Assembly (NCBI GenBank): GCA_937921685.1
Contig: CAKZUF010000003.1
Location: forward strand, 2,215 to 66,214
Reading direction: 5' to 3'
Source: an uncultured archaeon
GTDB taxonomy: Archaea; Thermoproteota; Nitrososphaeria_A; Caldarchaeales; Calditenuaceae
Length of the DNA: 64,000 nucleotides
Every line of letters begins with the position of its first letter. Positions within the stretch are counted from its first letter, which is position 1. A program made the position numbers and the translations under genes. Positions 17,508 to 26,772 of this stretch are shown one piece after another. Under the pieces are notes generated by a model, which searched no databases, was not told where the DNA came from, and was given only the letters and a program-made list of their open reading frames with translations.

Positions 17508-18708
17508 GGGCTTTGACCGGGTCTATCTGCGCGGCCCTTCTAGCAGGATATAGTCCCGAGAGGGAGCCCACGAACACGGCGAACAGCAATGCCTCGAGTA
17601 GGAGTTGCGGCGTTATGACTGGGTTTATGGGGAGTGGTTGAAACTGGGGGCCGAATCTTAGGAAGCGTCCTGAAAAGCTTGCGAACCCGATTGATAGAAC
17701 CACTCCTATGCCTATGCCTATGATTCCGCCGATCAGCCCCGTAAGAACCGCCTCGAAGAGGAAAGTCATCAAGACGTCGCGCCTCGTCATCCCAATAGAC
17801 CTTAAAACGCCTATCTCTCTAGTCCTCTCCATAACCGCCATTATCATCGTGTTCATTATTCCGAGGCCAGCCACTAGTAGGCTCACGGAGGCTATCGCGC
17901 CGAGAAATATTGTGAAGGAGGCTATTATGCCTCGAACGGTCGACAATATAGAGCTGGGGCTTATAATGTTGACATTCCTACCATACATCGCTTCCAGCTC
18001 GGAGATGATGTACTCGACCAGCTCCACCTTCTCCGTGTTCACAAGTATTGCTTGATACGTTGTTACTCCGAGAAGCCTTCTGGCCGCGGGGAGAGGCATT
18101 ACGACTGCCGTGTCTGCGTCGAAGAAGATGGAGGCCCCGAACTTGTCATATATCGCCGTGACCGTATAACTGGTTGTCTTAACACCGCTCTGTGTCGGGA
18201 CCACAATGGTGAGTGGTTGTCCTATGTAGAGGCGGGAATAGGTCGATGCAGCTGGAGGGAACGCTACCTTGTAGCCCACACCTACCTGCGTGGCGCTAGT
18301 GGAGAGCGGTGTCTCTCCCTCTAGAATCTTGATGCCGGGAAATATTATTTGGAGATGTATAGGGTCTATGCCAATTATCCGGCCGCTCACGGTTGTGCCT
18401 CCGACTTGGAACTCGGCGGCCGTTGAGATGAAGGGCGTGACTACGGAAACGCCAGGTATTCTCATTATCTTTTGGACGTCAGCGTCTGTGAACTGGATAT
18501 TCGAGCCCTGGGCCGGGAATATTATTATGTTGTTTGCGCCGAGTGTCAGAAGTTGGTCTGTTACAACTATGTTTATGCCGTCGCCAAGAGATAGGAGAGC
18601 AATTATGAGGCCTGCACCCACCGCGATTCCAAGAATTGTGAGAACACTCCTACCCCGCCTCTCCCTAAGCGCACTGAGCGCGTATCTGACCGCGTCAACC
18701 AGCTTCAC
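17494..18708 (-). CDS. ABC transporter permease, FtsX/MacB family
   Basis: 404 aa. N-terminal TM, a large extracytoplasmic domain, then three C-terminal TM with the FtsX-like pattern (REIGVLRSIGMTRRDVLMTFLFEAVLTG). Confidence 0.75.
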   Translation of the reverse strand: MKLVDAVRYALSALRERRGRSVLTILGIAVGAGLIIALLSLGDGINIVVTDQLLTLGANNIIIFPAQGSNIQFTDADVQKIMRIPGVSVVTPFISTAAEFQVGGTTVSGRIIGIDPIHLQIIFPGIKILEGETPLSTSATQVGVGYKVAFPPAASTYSRLYIGQPLTIVVPTQSGVKTTSYTVTAIYDKFGASIFFDADTAVVMPLPAARRLLGVTTYQAILVNTEKVELVEYIISELEAMYGRNVNIISPSSILSTVRGIIASFTIFLGAIASVSLLVAGLGIMNTMIMAVMERTREIGVLRSIGMTRRDVLMTFLFEAVLTGLIGGIIGIGIGVVLSIGFASFSGRFLRFGPQFQPLPINPVITPQLLLEALLFAVFVGSLSGLYPARRAAQIDPVKALRTE

Positions 18709-20641
18709 TTCGCTTACGCCTCCGTATGTAGAGATATCCAGAAGTCAGCGCGGCTAAGGCCCCGACTGCCACTAGCGCTGACACGACCCATCCCGGCCAA
18801 CTCTCCTGTCTCGTTTCACTCACTGGTCTCGGGATCTCCACATCTACTTGGAACTTGGTGGAATAGTTTTTACGGAATACGTCCTTGTACTCTACTATGA
18901 TCTCACCTTTGAATCTTTGGTCTCCAGAGTTTAGTTTGAGGTTGAATGGAAGCGGGGCGTTTGGCTTTATCTCGCCTACGAAGACGCTTGACCTTGTCCC
19001 CGAGTTGCTGTTTAGGTGTATGGTGGAGAAGAGGGCGTCAGATATCCCCTCGTTTATGATGTTTCCCGAGATGTAGGGTTCTCCGCCTATAAAGATTACT
19101 CTAGTGTCATAGATGCGCAAGATGATATACCCCTGGATAACGAAGCCTACGGCCCTTTGCTCCGATGCCTGCTCACCCGTCTCGCTTATTACATATGTGG
19201 CGGAGACCTGTATTGATGTAGAGGTCCCCGCCAGCTCAGGCTCTGCGTAAAGCTCCAACTGGACTGTCTCGGCCTGCCCTGAGTGTAGAGACTCTATTAG
19301 CCAATTATTAGAGCCAATTATTGTGAGCCTCGGGTTCAGCGATTGAGCAGTAATGGATACGCGTCTAAGATCGCTCAGGTGTATATTCTTGACTGTGAGT
19401 TTGATGGTTTGGGTTCGTCCAGCGACCAGCTCCGGTTCCGCCTCTATGAGTAGGTTTGGTGCCTTCGGCGGTATATCACCCACGGAGACCGCTATCGACA
19501 CCATCCTTGAAATTCTGTTCCCCGCTGAGTCCTTGAATGAAATCTGGAGCGGTATCTGGTAGACGCCATTAGCCGCCATCTGTGCGGCGTAAATAACCGC
19601 CTCGATAACGCTCCTCTGGCCTGGATCGAGACGGTCTAGGCTCCAGTATGACGGGCCAAGGATTGAAATGGGGAGACCTGAATGCTCAGCGGATACTCGG
19701 ATATCTCTAACCGCGACAGAGCCAATGTTCTCCAGGACAATGGATAGCTGATGGCTTGCCCCCGGCTCCATTCTGACTGGCTCAGCGTAGACCCTGAGAT
19801 TCGCCTCGCCGACCGCTGGCCTCCTGACATAGAGACTCAGGACCGATGTGAGCTCCCTGTATAGTCCGACAGCGTTTCTATACCTCGCCGTCACTGTAAT
19901 GGGCATGAGCGAGTCGCCAGATGCCTGCGACGCGTAGACACCTATAACCCACTTCTCAGAACCCGCTGGTGGGAGGCTTTCAACGATCCATGGCTGCTTG
20001 TCTATTAGCAGTCCATAGGCAGGCTGGGGCGGAGGCTGGACGAAGACCTGAATATCAGTGGCCTTCACAGACCCTACGTTGGTTAGTAAGAGCTCTACCG
20101 AGCTGACTCTTCCCGGCTCAATATCAGTAGCGTTAAGGCTGAATCTGAGAACGGGCCTCCCCGGAATATTTATCTTGACAGGAATTGTCTGGACCCTTAA
20201 ATTTTCTCCCAACACCCTGTAGGTAAGCAACAAAAGCCCCTCATAGTCTACACCAACCTCGGCAGAGCTGTCTATATTCACTATGAATGTGAGCTCGAAT
20301 ACGCCTCCGGGCGGGATGACCCCTGGGAAGTGGGCCTCAACTTCGCTAGGATTGGAGACACTCTGGGACCTTAGTACGCTGGGGAGCCTGAGCCTCCCGA
20401 CAATCCCTGTTATGCGATCTTCATCAAAGTCACTTCCAAGAGCTACTGTCAGGCGCACACCGCTATCGCCGGGCGCAACCTCCTCTTTAACACCATTCTG
20501 GCCCCAGTATAACCCAAGATACCTGACACCATCTGGACTTGCTTGAATGACGGGTAATGGGGCTAAGAGCGCCACTAGGAGGAGTGAGACAAGTAGGAGG
20601 GGCCTAAGCACGGAGAACCACCTCCGACTCGACTCGACCAT
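18695..20641 (-). CDS. Large extracellular protein with signal peptide, repeated beta-sandwich (CARDB/DUF11-like) domains and C-terminal TM anchor. Partner of the MacB-type ABC transporter.
   Basis: 648 aa. N-terminal signal (LLVSLLLVALLAPLPVIQA). C-terminal TM plus basic tail (VVSALVAVGALAALTSGYLYIRRRKR). Overlaps both flanking ABC genes. Confidence 0.55.
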   Translation of the reverse strand: MVESSRRWFSVLRPLLLVSLLLVALLAPLPVIQASPDGVRYLGLYWGQNGVKEEVAPGDSGVRLTVALGSDFDEDRITGIVGRLRLPSVLRSQSVSNPSEVEAHFPGVIPPGGVFELTFIVNIDSSAEVGVDYEGLLLLTYRVLGENLRVQTIPVKINIPGRPVLRFSLNATDIEPGRVSSVELLLTNVGSVKATDIQVFVQPPPQPAYGLLIDKQPWIVESLPPAGSEKWVIGVYASQASGDSLMPITVTARYRNAVGLYRELTSVLSLYVRRPAVGEANLRVYAEPVRMEPGASHQLSIVLENIGSVAVRDIRVSAEHSGLPISILGPSYWSLDRLDPGQRSVIEAVIYAAQMAANGVYQIPLQISFKDSAGNRISRMVSIAVSVGDIPPKAPNLLIEAEPELVAGRTQTIKLTVKNIHLSDLRRVSITAQSLNPRLTIIGSNNWLIESLHSGQAETVQLELYAEPELAGTSTSIQVSATYVISETGEQASEQRAVGFVIQGYIILRIYDTRVIFIGGEPYISGNIINEGISDALFSTIHLNSNSGTRSSVFVGEIKPNAPLPFNLKLNSGDQRFKGEIIVEYKDVFRKNYSTKFQVDVEIPRPVSETRQESWPGWVVSALVAVGALAALTSGYLYIRRRKRSEAG

Positions 20642-21308
20642 CCCTCAGCCTGACGATCCTGTCACACTTCTCCGCGACTTCAGGGTTGTGTGTAACGATG
20701 ACGAGGGTGGTGCCGAGCGTCTTGTTGATATTCCTAAGAATATCCATTACTACGGCGGTGTTCTTGGTGTCTAGGTTTCCCGTGGGCTCGTCTGCCAATA
20801 ATATCTTTGGCCTACCGACAAGCCCACGCGCGATTGCGACTCGCTGCTGCTCACCCCCGCTTAGCTCGCTCGGCTTCTTATGTGCCACGTCCTCCAAACC
20901 CACCATCCTGAGAGCTTCCAGTGCAGCTGCCTGTCTGGCCTGAAGCGGCACACCCCTTACGGCTAGTGGGAGTGACACGTTTTCGAGGGAGGAGAGCCTG
21001 CCAATCAAGTTGTAGGATTGGAAAACGAACCCGATTAGTCTGTTCCTAATCTCGCTCAGCCTAGAGTCATCCAGCCCTGAGGTGTCTACGCCATATAGAA
21101 CGACGCGGCCCCTCGTAGGCCTGTCAAGCGTCCCCGTGACGTGGAGTAGTGTGGATTTCCCACTACCACTCGGACCCATGACAGAGACCATCTCACCGCT
21201 CTTCACCCTAAGCGTCACCCCTCGGAGGGCTGGGTATTCTGTCTTTCCCGTCTTGTAGATCTTCCAAACCTCTTCGAGAACTATAGCGTAGTTTCCGTCG
21301 GGCTCCAT
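20604..21308 (-). CDS. ABC transporter ATP-binding protein (MacB/LolD-like)
   Basis: 234 aa. Walker A GPSGSGKST, signature LSGGEQQRVAIARGL, Walker B LLADEPTGNLD, H-loop VTHN. Confidence 0.85.
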   Translation of the reverse strand: MEPDGNYAIVLEEVWKIYKTGKTEYPALRGVTLRVKSGEMVSVMGPSGSGKSTLLHVTGTLDRPTRGRVVLYGVDTSGLDDSRLSEIRNRLIGFVFQSYNLIGRLSSLENVSLPLAVRGVPLQARQAAALEALRMVGLEDVAHKKPSELSGGEQQRVAIARGLVGRPKILLADEPTGNLDTKNTAVVMDILRNINKTLGTTLVIVTHNPEVAEKCDRIVRLRDGRVESEVVLRA

Positions 21309-21374
21309 GCCACATGCTATGAATCCCCCGGTCCTATTAAATTTACCAGACGATAGGTACAGTGGCTGCGTGCG

Positions 21375-22616
21375 TCACTGGCTGAGCCTACCCTGCTTAA
21401 GGGCGAAGGCGACTATCTTGCTTCTTCTCACGTATGTCTTGAGCCCGAGCTTAAGCTTCCCTTCCAAGAGGCCCAAAGCCTCGGTAAGGCTTCCACACTT
21501 AGCTGGGCTCCGCTCGAGGGCTGCGCGCACGATCTCTCTAAACCTCCAGACTCCGAGCGGTATCCAGCCCCTGTCAACCTCAAAGAAGACGATCACCCCC
21601 GCCTGAACCCCCAAACGGTTTAGATATTCGAGAATTGGCAGTCTACAGGCATAGTAGGCTCCACCCGTGTTATCGGCGTAGCTTGAGCGCCCCCACTTAA
21701 GCTCGAAGTCTGAGTAGACCTCTCCGCTCTTCACCCAACCCTCTAGGAGTTCGTACATCCAGGGAGTCGGCATCAAGACTACATAAGCGGTGTTGAAGTG
21801 GGCGCTGAAACTATAGACCCTGAAATCGCTTATAATCTTGTTGCGCTTGACGCGCCTCAAGGCTATCTTGCCTAACATGTCATCAACCGCGGTTATGCTC
21901 CATTCAGTCGGAACCAGAATCCTGTCTATCCGCCTCCCTAAGAGCCCTGCGGAGAGGAGTCTTGTGAGATAGTATTCGTCGACGCCCTGGCTTGAAAGTT
22001 TCTGGACAGCCTCTAGTGCTGGGATGTATGGGTCGTTGATTACGCGGTCAACAGGCCTAGGTATTGAGGGATTGTCGACAAGCTTGATGTACTCGACCCT
22101 TCCTGCCGGGCCGTGTGGCGCATTCCTCACACCAAGGCCCGGGACAAACCTTAACGAGCCAGTTGACAGCTTCAGCTCAAGGTCAACAGGTCGTTGGGAG
22201 GCGGAGGATTCCTGCAAAGCATCAACAATCCTAGCCGGGCTTCTGGCCAACTCTACGCGAACTCTTGTCCTGCCCATTAGGATGCTGAGCCTCATGTTTA
22301 AGAGGCTGTCTAGAGGTATCTGGAGCCAAGACCTCGGTGACTCTAGGACCCGCGGATCTATGTCGGCTGTAAGCATCATACCAGTGCCTGCGTAGACTCT
22401 GGGATACCCCCACTCGCCGACCAGTATTGTAGGGGGTGTTGGGCCGTACAGAACCCCTACACTCTTTATGGATTTAATGGCCTCTCTTATGGCATCTCGG
22501 TAGAACGGGCATTTCATAAGGCTGCAGTTCTTCGCGAACCCTTGGCAGACCTCGCAGCTGAAAGACTCTAAACCCCTCTCGGAGCCGCCCACCGACGCCC
22601 AGCTCCAGTCCTCCAC
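21375..22616 (-). CDS. Conserved archaeal hypothetical protein (possibly an NreA-family DNA-repair-associated protein)
   Basis: 413 aa. N-terminal Cys cluster (CEVCQGFAKNCSLMKC). Size and layout recall archaeal NreA, but the match is from memory only. Confidence 0.3.
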   Translation of the reverse strand: MEDWSWASVGGSERGLESFSCEVCQGFAKNCSLMKCPFYRDAIREAIKSIKSVGVLYGPTPPTILVGEWGYPRVYAGTGMMLTADIDPRVLESPRSWLQIPLDSLLNMRLSILMGRTRVRVELARSPARIVDALQESSASQRPVDLELKLSTGSLRFVPGLGVRNAPHGPAGRVEYIKLVDNPSIPRPVDRVINDPYIPALEAVQKLSSQGVDEYYLTRLLSAGLLGRRIDRILVPTEWSITAVDDMLGKIALRRVKRNKIISDFRVYSFSAHFNTAYVVLMPTPWMYELLEGWVKSGEVYSDFELKWGRSSYADNTGGAYYACRLPILEYLNRLGVQAGVIVFFEVDRGWIPLGVWRFREIVRAALERSPAKCGSLTEALGLLEGKLKLGLKTYVRRSKIVAFALKQGRLSQ

Positions 22617-22688
22617 CCCACGTGAGATAGGCTAAACCAATTATTCAAGGATTCCTACTCGTGGAAAATAGTCTCCATAACTTTTAGG

Positions 22689-23939
22689 TTGAACCGACCC
22701 TACATGATTTATGGGGATAGGATGACGGAGAGTCCGTGGAGACCCGCGATAATAGTAGCGGCCTCTGAGATAATGCTGAAGGGTGGAAACCGGCCCAAGT
22801 ATATGAGGCTTCTGACCAGGAACATCGCCTCCGCAGTCAGTGGCCGTGGGGCAAAGGTGTATCGTAGGCAGGCGAGGATAATAGTTGAGCCGACGGGTGG
22901 CGAAGATTCTGGGGAGCTGGCGCAACGGGTAAGCAGAATACCGGGCGTGAGGTGGGTCCGCATAGGGTATCTGATTCCGCGAGACTATGAGCTGCTCATG
23001 CGAATAGCGGTGGAGAAGGCGAGGGAGCTTAAGCCATCCCGCATAGCAGTTGAGGTGTCGCGGGCAGATAAGTCTTATCCGAAGACCTCCCTCGAGATTA
23101 TGCGAGAACTGGGTGAGCGTATAAGAAGCTCGTCTGGAGTGGCGGTGGATTTAGAGAGCCCGGAGATTATTTTCTGGGTAAATGTGCTCAACGACGTGTT
23201 CCTCTTTGGCTGGCACCGGATTGAGGGCGTCGGCGGCCTGCCTGTGGGTGCGTCTGGAAGGGTGCTGGCACTCATCTCCGGGGGGTTAGACTCGCCTGTT
23301 GCGGCTTGGCTGATGATGAAGCGTGGATGCATTGTGGATATGCTCCACATCTACGCGCTACCCACCCCGCAGGAGGCCTTATCCGAGAAGATAGGGGAGC
23401 TCTTCCTCAAGCTAAAAGAGACGAGCCCCTCCTCGAGGCTCTTCCTCGCACCATACCACCACTTCATGAGCAGCACACTCTCAGCAAAGGCTCGACTTGA
23501 ACTCGCCCTCTTCAGGAGGTTCATGCTCAGGCTCGCTGAGGCCCTTAGCCTAGAGATAGGGGCTAAGGCCATAGTTACCGGAGACTCGGTGGGCCAAGTT
23601 GCCTCCCAGACCCTCGAGTCCCTCCACGCAGCCTCCTATGGTCTACGGCTGGTTGTGCTCCGCCCACTCGCTGGCTACGACAAAGAGGAGATTATCCATC
23701 TCTCGAGGAGGCTGGGCCTCTACGAGCTATCCATCAAGGACTACAAGGATTGCTGCTCAATCGTATCGAGGCACCCCATACCTAGGCCCAGACTCGAGGA
23801 TGTGGAGGAGGAGTGGGGGAGGCTGGGGCTTGATGACGCTGTTGCCAAGACGCTAGAAGAAGTATACGTTTTTGATGGATCGCGCCTAGAGGCTTGGAAA
23901 AATATATCTACTGGGCGGCAGGACATATCGCAGGAATGA
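22689..23939 (+). CDS. thiI: tRNA 4-thiouridine synthase ThiI (THUMP plus PP-loop, no rhodanese domain)
   Basis: PP-loop SGGLDSPVAAWLMMKRG preceded by a THUMP-like region. Confidence 0.75.
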   Translation: MNRPYMIYGDRMTESPWRPAIIVAASEIMLKGGNRPKYMRLLTRNIASAVSGRGAKVYRRQARIIVEPTGGEDSGELAQRVSRIPGVRWVRIGYLIPRDYELLMRIAVEKARELKPSRIAVEVSRADKSYPKTSLEIMRELGERIRSSSGVAVDLESPEIIFWVNVLNDVFLFGWHRIEGVGGLPVGASGRVLALISGGLDSPVAAWLMMKRGCIVDMLHIYALPTPQEALSEKIGELFLKLKETSPSSRLFLAPYHHFMSSTLSAKARLELALFRRFMLRLAEALSLEIGAKAIVTGDSVGQVASQTLESLHAASYGLRLVVLRPLAGYDKEEIIHLSRRLGLYELSIKDYKDCCSIVSRHPIPRPRLEDVEEEWGRLGLDDAVAKTLEEVYVFDGSRLEAWKNISTGRQDISQE

Positions 23940-23987
23940 TGAGATTTGTCTCAGCTGAGCTGTGAAGAAACCAGCTCACCCTGACCC

Positions 23988-25607
23988 GTGGTGGATATTT
24001 CTTTGCCACCGAGTAGCTCGGCCGGAAAATGGGGCTCCGACATCGCCCATAAATATCACGAGTCGACCAAGCACAGCTATATCAGCGTCAGGATGGGCTC
24101 GGGCTTCCTTGACTTCTCCAACAAGCCATACCCGTTCAAATACTATGTAACCGGCGAGAAGCTGCAACTCCCAAGAGACTTCGAGAAGCCTGAGAGCCCA
24201 GCACTAGACGCGCTTCTGTGCAGAAAACCGACCAAACCACAGCCGACCATATCAACCAGCCTCCTAGCTTCACTCCTCTACTTCACGGCCGGGATAAGCC
24301 GCGTCGAGAGGCTTGGAGACCATTACCTCTACTTCAGGGTGACGCCGGCTACTGGCGCGCTGCACAGCACCGAGCTCTACCCCGTGATTAGCATGGCCGA
24401 GGGCTTAGAGGCGGGTGTCTACCACTTTGACCCTGGGGAGTTTGTCCTCACTAGGCTGAGGAGGGGAGACTTCAAACGGCTTCTATCCTTGGCCGTCCAA
24501 GACGAGAGTGTCTTACGCTCGAGGTTTGGTGTAGTCTTCACGGCCTGCGGCTGGAGGAATGCTTGGAAGTATAGGGAGAGGAGCTATAGACACTGGTTCT
24601 GGGACGGAGGCGCGATGGTCGCTAATTTCCTAGCGGTCGCTTGCTCATTCGGCCTCGATGCGACACTTCACGTCGGCTTTGAGGACGGGGCTGTGAACGA
24701 CCTCGTGGGCGTTGATGGCGAGGATGAGGCGGCATTCGCGGTCATAACCGTGAATGACGGAGTGGGGGCCGCTGGGGCGGAGGCCCCGGAGAGGGTGTCC
24801 GGCCCCGTCGAGGCTGTACCGGCTGCACGAATAGGCGGGCCTGTTAAATATTCTCTAATCTCTGAGACACATTCCTCGACTATGCTCCGCACCGGTGATG
24901 ACGTGGCGGCTTGGAAGAAGTCTGCAGGCCTGCTACACGGGTTGGATGGAGGTGGGGATTCGGGGCTTCCAGTCCAAATCCCCCAGCCGGCGACAACGGA
25001 GAAGAGGCTTTGGGAGGTGATTCTACAGCGCGGCTCAACCAGAAAGTTTGCGAGAAGAAGTATTGGAGCCCCCCAGCTATCTGCAATCCTCAAATATAGT
25101 TTCGGCCCCCTAAGGGTGGATTTTCTACCAGACCCCAGCGACACGCTAATCCACCCCTACCTGATCGTTAATGCGGTAGAGGGCATACCCAGCGGCTGCT
25201 ACCGATACATGCCTTCGACAGGCGAACTTAGGCTTTTGAGGAAGGGACAGTTCAGGGAGGCCGCCGGCTACCTTTGCCTAGAACAGGCCTTGGGGAGGGA
25301 TGCATCCGTCGTATTCTTTAACATGGCTGACCTCGACAAGGTCTTTGAGGTGCTTGGGGGCCGGGGGTATCGCGCAGTCCAGCTCGAGGGAGGGATAAGG
25401 CTTGGAAGAATCTATCTATCCGCCTACTCGCTAGGCCTGGGCGCAACCGGGCTAACATTCTACGACGACGACTGCGTGGAGTTTTTCTCACCCAGCTCAG
25501 AAGGCTTAGAAATGGTGACCGTTGTGGCCATAGGGCATCCGGCCTACACGCCCAGACCGGGCAGCATCAGGGCCGGGGTACTCAAACACCCAGCGAAGGC
25601 GCTCTAA
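23988..25607 (+). CDS. Two-domain SagB/ThcOx-type dehydrogenase / nitroreductase-family protein
   Basis: 539 aa. The N-terminal half starts with the YHESTKHS motif characteristic of SagB-type dehydrogenase domains. The C-terminal half has a nitroreductase-like R-x-S-x-R-K-F motif (QRGSTRKFARRSIG). Confidence 0.55.
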   Translation: MVDISLPPSSSAGKWGSDIAHKYHESTKHSYISVRMGSGFLDFSNKPYPFKYYVTGEKLQLPRDFEKPESPALDALLCRKPTKPQPTISTSLLASLLYFTAGISRVERLGDHYLYFRVTPATGALHSTELYPVISMAEGLEAGVYHFDPGEFVLTRLRRGDFKRLLSLAVQDESVLRSRFGVVFTACGWRNAWKYRERSYRHWFWDGGAMVANFLAVACSFGLDATLHVGFEDGAVNDLVGVDGEDEAAFAVITVNDGVGAAGAEAPERVSGPVEAVPAARIGGPVKYSLISETHSSTMLRTGDDVAAWKKSAGLLHGLDGGGDSGLPVQIPQPATTEKRLWEVILQRGSTRKFARRSIGAPQLSAILKYSFGPLRVDFLPDPSDTLIHPYLIVNAVEGIPSGCYRYMPSTGELRLLRKGQFREAAGYLCLEQALGRDASVVFFNMADLDKVFEVLGGRGYRAVQLEGGIRLGRIYLSAYSLGLGATGLTFYDDDCVEFFSPSSEGLEMVTVVAIGHPAYTPRPGSIRAGVLKHPAKAL

Positions 25608-25637
25608 ACGACCCTCCGCCAAGACTATAACCCGGAG

Positions 25638-26642
25638 TTGCAGAGTAAATTCGGCTTGGAGACGAGTACTAGGGTATGCGGCGTGTGTAGGGAGTCACAG
25701 CCAGTCTACAGACAGGTTTACTCGGGAGTAAGCTTCTGCGCCTCCTGCTTCAAAAAGAGTGTAGAGAAGCGTGTAAGGAAGACTATATCGAGATACAGCC
25801 TCCTGAGGGAGGATGACAGAATCCTCGTCGCAGTCTCGGGCGGTAAAGACAGTCTAAGCCTCCTCAAGATCCTCGCCAAGATTGAGAGGGAATATCCTAG
25901 GGCAAGCCTAGTCGCGGTCTCAATAGACGAAGGTATCCCGGGCTACAGGGACGAAGCCCTGAGACTCGCGGCAGACATGTGTAGGAGGCTCGGTGTCGAG
26001 CACCGCGTCTATGCATTCGAGGACCTATTCGGGATCAGCTTATCCGAGGCGATGAGTAGGGGTGTTCTAGGTCGGCTGGGACTGGGTGCCTGTTCACTCT
26101 GCGGGGTCTGGAGGAGGAAGGCCATCAGCCTGGCTGCAAGGGAGCTTAAGGCCACTGTGGTCGCTACAGCCCACACACTCGACGACATAGTCCAAACCTA
26201 TCTAATGGACATTCTCCGCGGCGAGTTCCCAAAGGCGCCAATAGGCTTGAGGCGGGAGGGAAACGGGATAATCCCACGCATAGCACCTCTTAGATTAATC
26301 CCGGAGGAGGAGGTCGTCCTTTACGCCTATCTCAGCCGCATACCCTTCCAAGAAATACCCTGCCCAAACGCCCAGAATTCTCAGAGAGACCTGGTGAGAA
26401 CCTTCCTAGCCCAGTTCGAGTCAAGATATCCCGGCTCGCTCTTTGCCGCGCTCAAAACTATTGAATCTGGAATAATGCCCCGCGAGGGGGGGCTAACACC
26501 ATGCCAGGTATGTGGTGAGCCTGCCTCCAAAGCCATCTGCCGTGCATGCGAGCTGGAGAGCCAAGTCTCCAGCCTCCTAGCTGAGAAGGGTCGACTACTC
26601 GGAGCGAATATTGGTGTAGATGATGTACAGAGCATAGATTGA
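25638..26642 (+). CDS. TtuA/NcsA (Ncs6/CTU1) family tRNA 2-thiolation PP-loop ATPase with N- and C-terminal zinc fingers
   Basis: N-terminal CGVCRE...CASCF. PP-loop VAVSGGKDSLSLL. Central CSLCGVW Cys cluster. C-terminal CQVCGE...CRACE. Confidence 0.7.
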   Translation: MQSKFGLETSTRVCGVCRESQPVYRQVYSGVSFCASCFKKSVEKRVRKTISRYSLLREDDRILVAVSGGKDSLSLLKILAKIEREYPRASLVAVSIDEGIPGYRDEALRLAADMCRRLGVEHRVYAFEDLFGISLSEAMSRGVLGRLGLGACSLCGVWRRKAISLAARELKATVVATAHTLDDIVQTYLMDILRGEFPKAPIGLRREGNGIIPRIAPLRLIPEEEVVLYAYLSRIPFQEIPCPNAQNSQRDLVRTFLAQFESRYPGSLFAALKTIESGIMPREGGLTPCQVCGEPASKAICRACELESQVSSLLAEKGRLLGANIGVDDVQSID

Positions 26643-26772
26643 GAGGCCCAGCAGGAATAGGATGTATGCATTTGAGTATAACATGTCGAAGAACTGGCTG
26701 GGCGACATTCCCGACCTACCTCATTCTGTACCCTGTCTCGACTTATTAAAACTTCTCGCCAAGTCTACAGCC

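Noticed and set aside
24668-25144. 158-aa minus-strand ORF and two neighbours inside the SagB-like gene
   Set aside because: They are antisense to a protein with recognisable domain motifs on the plus strand, and their composition is dominated by Ser/Pro/Ala.
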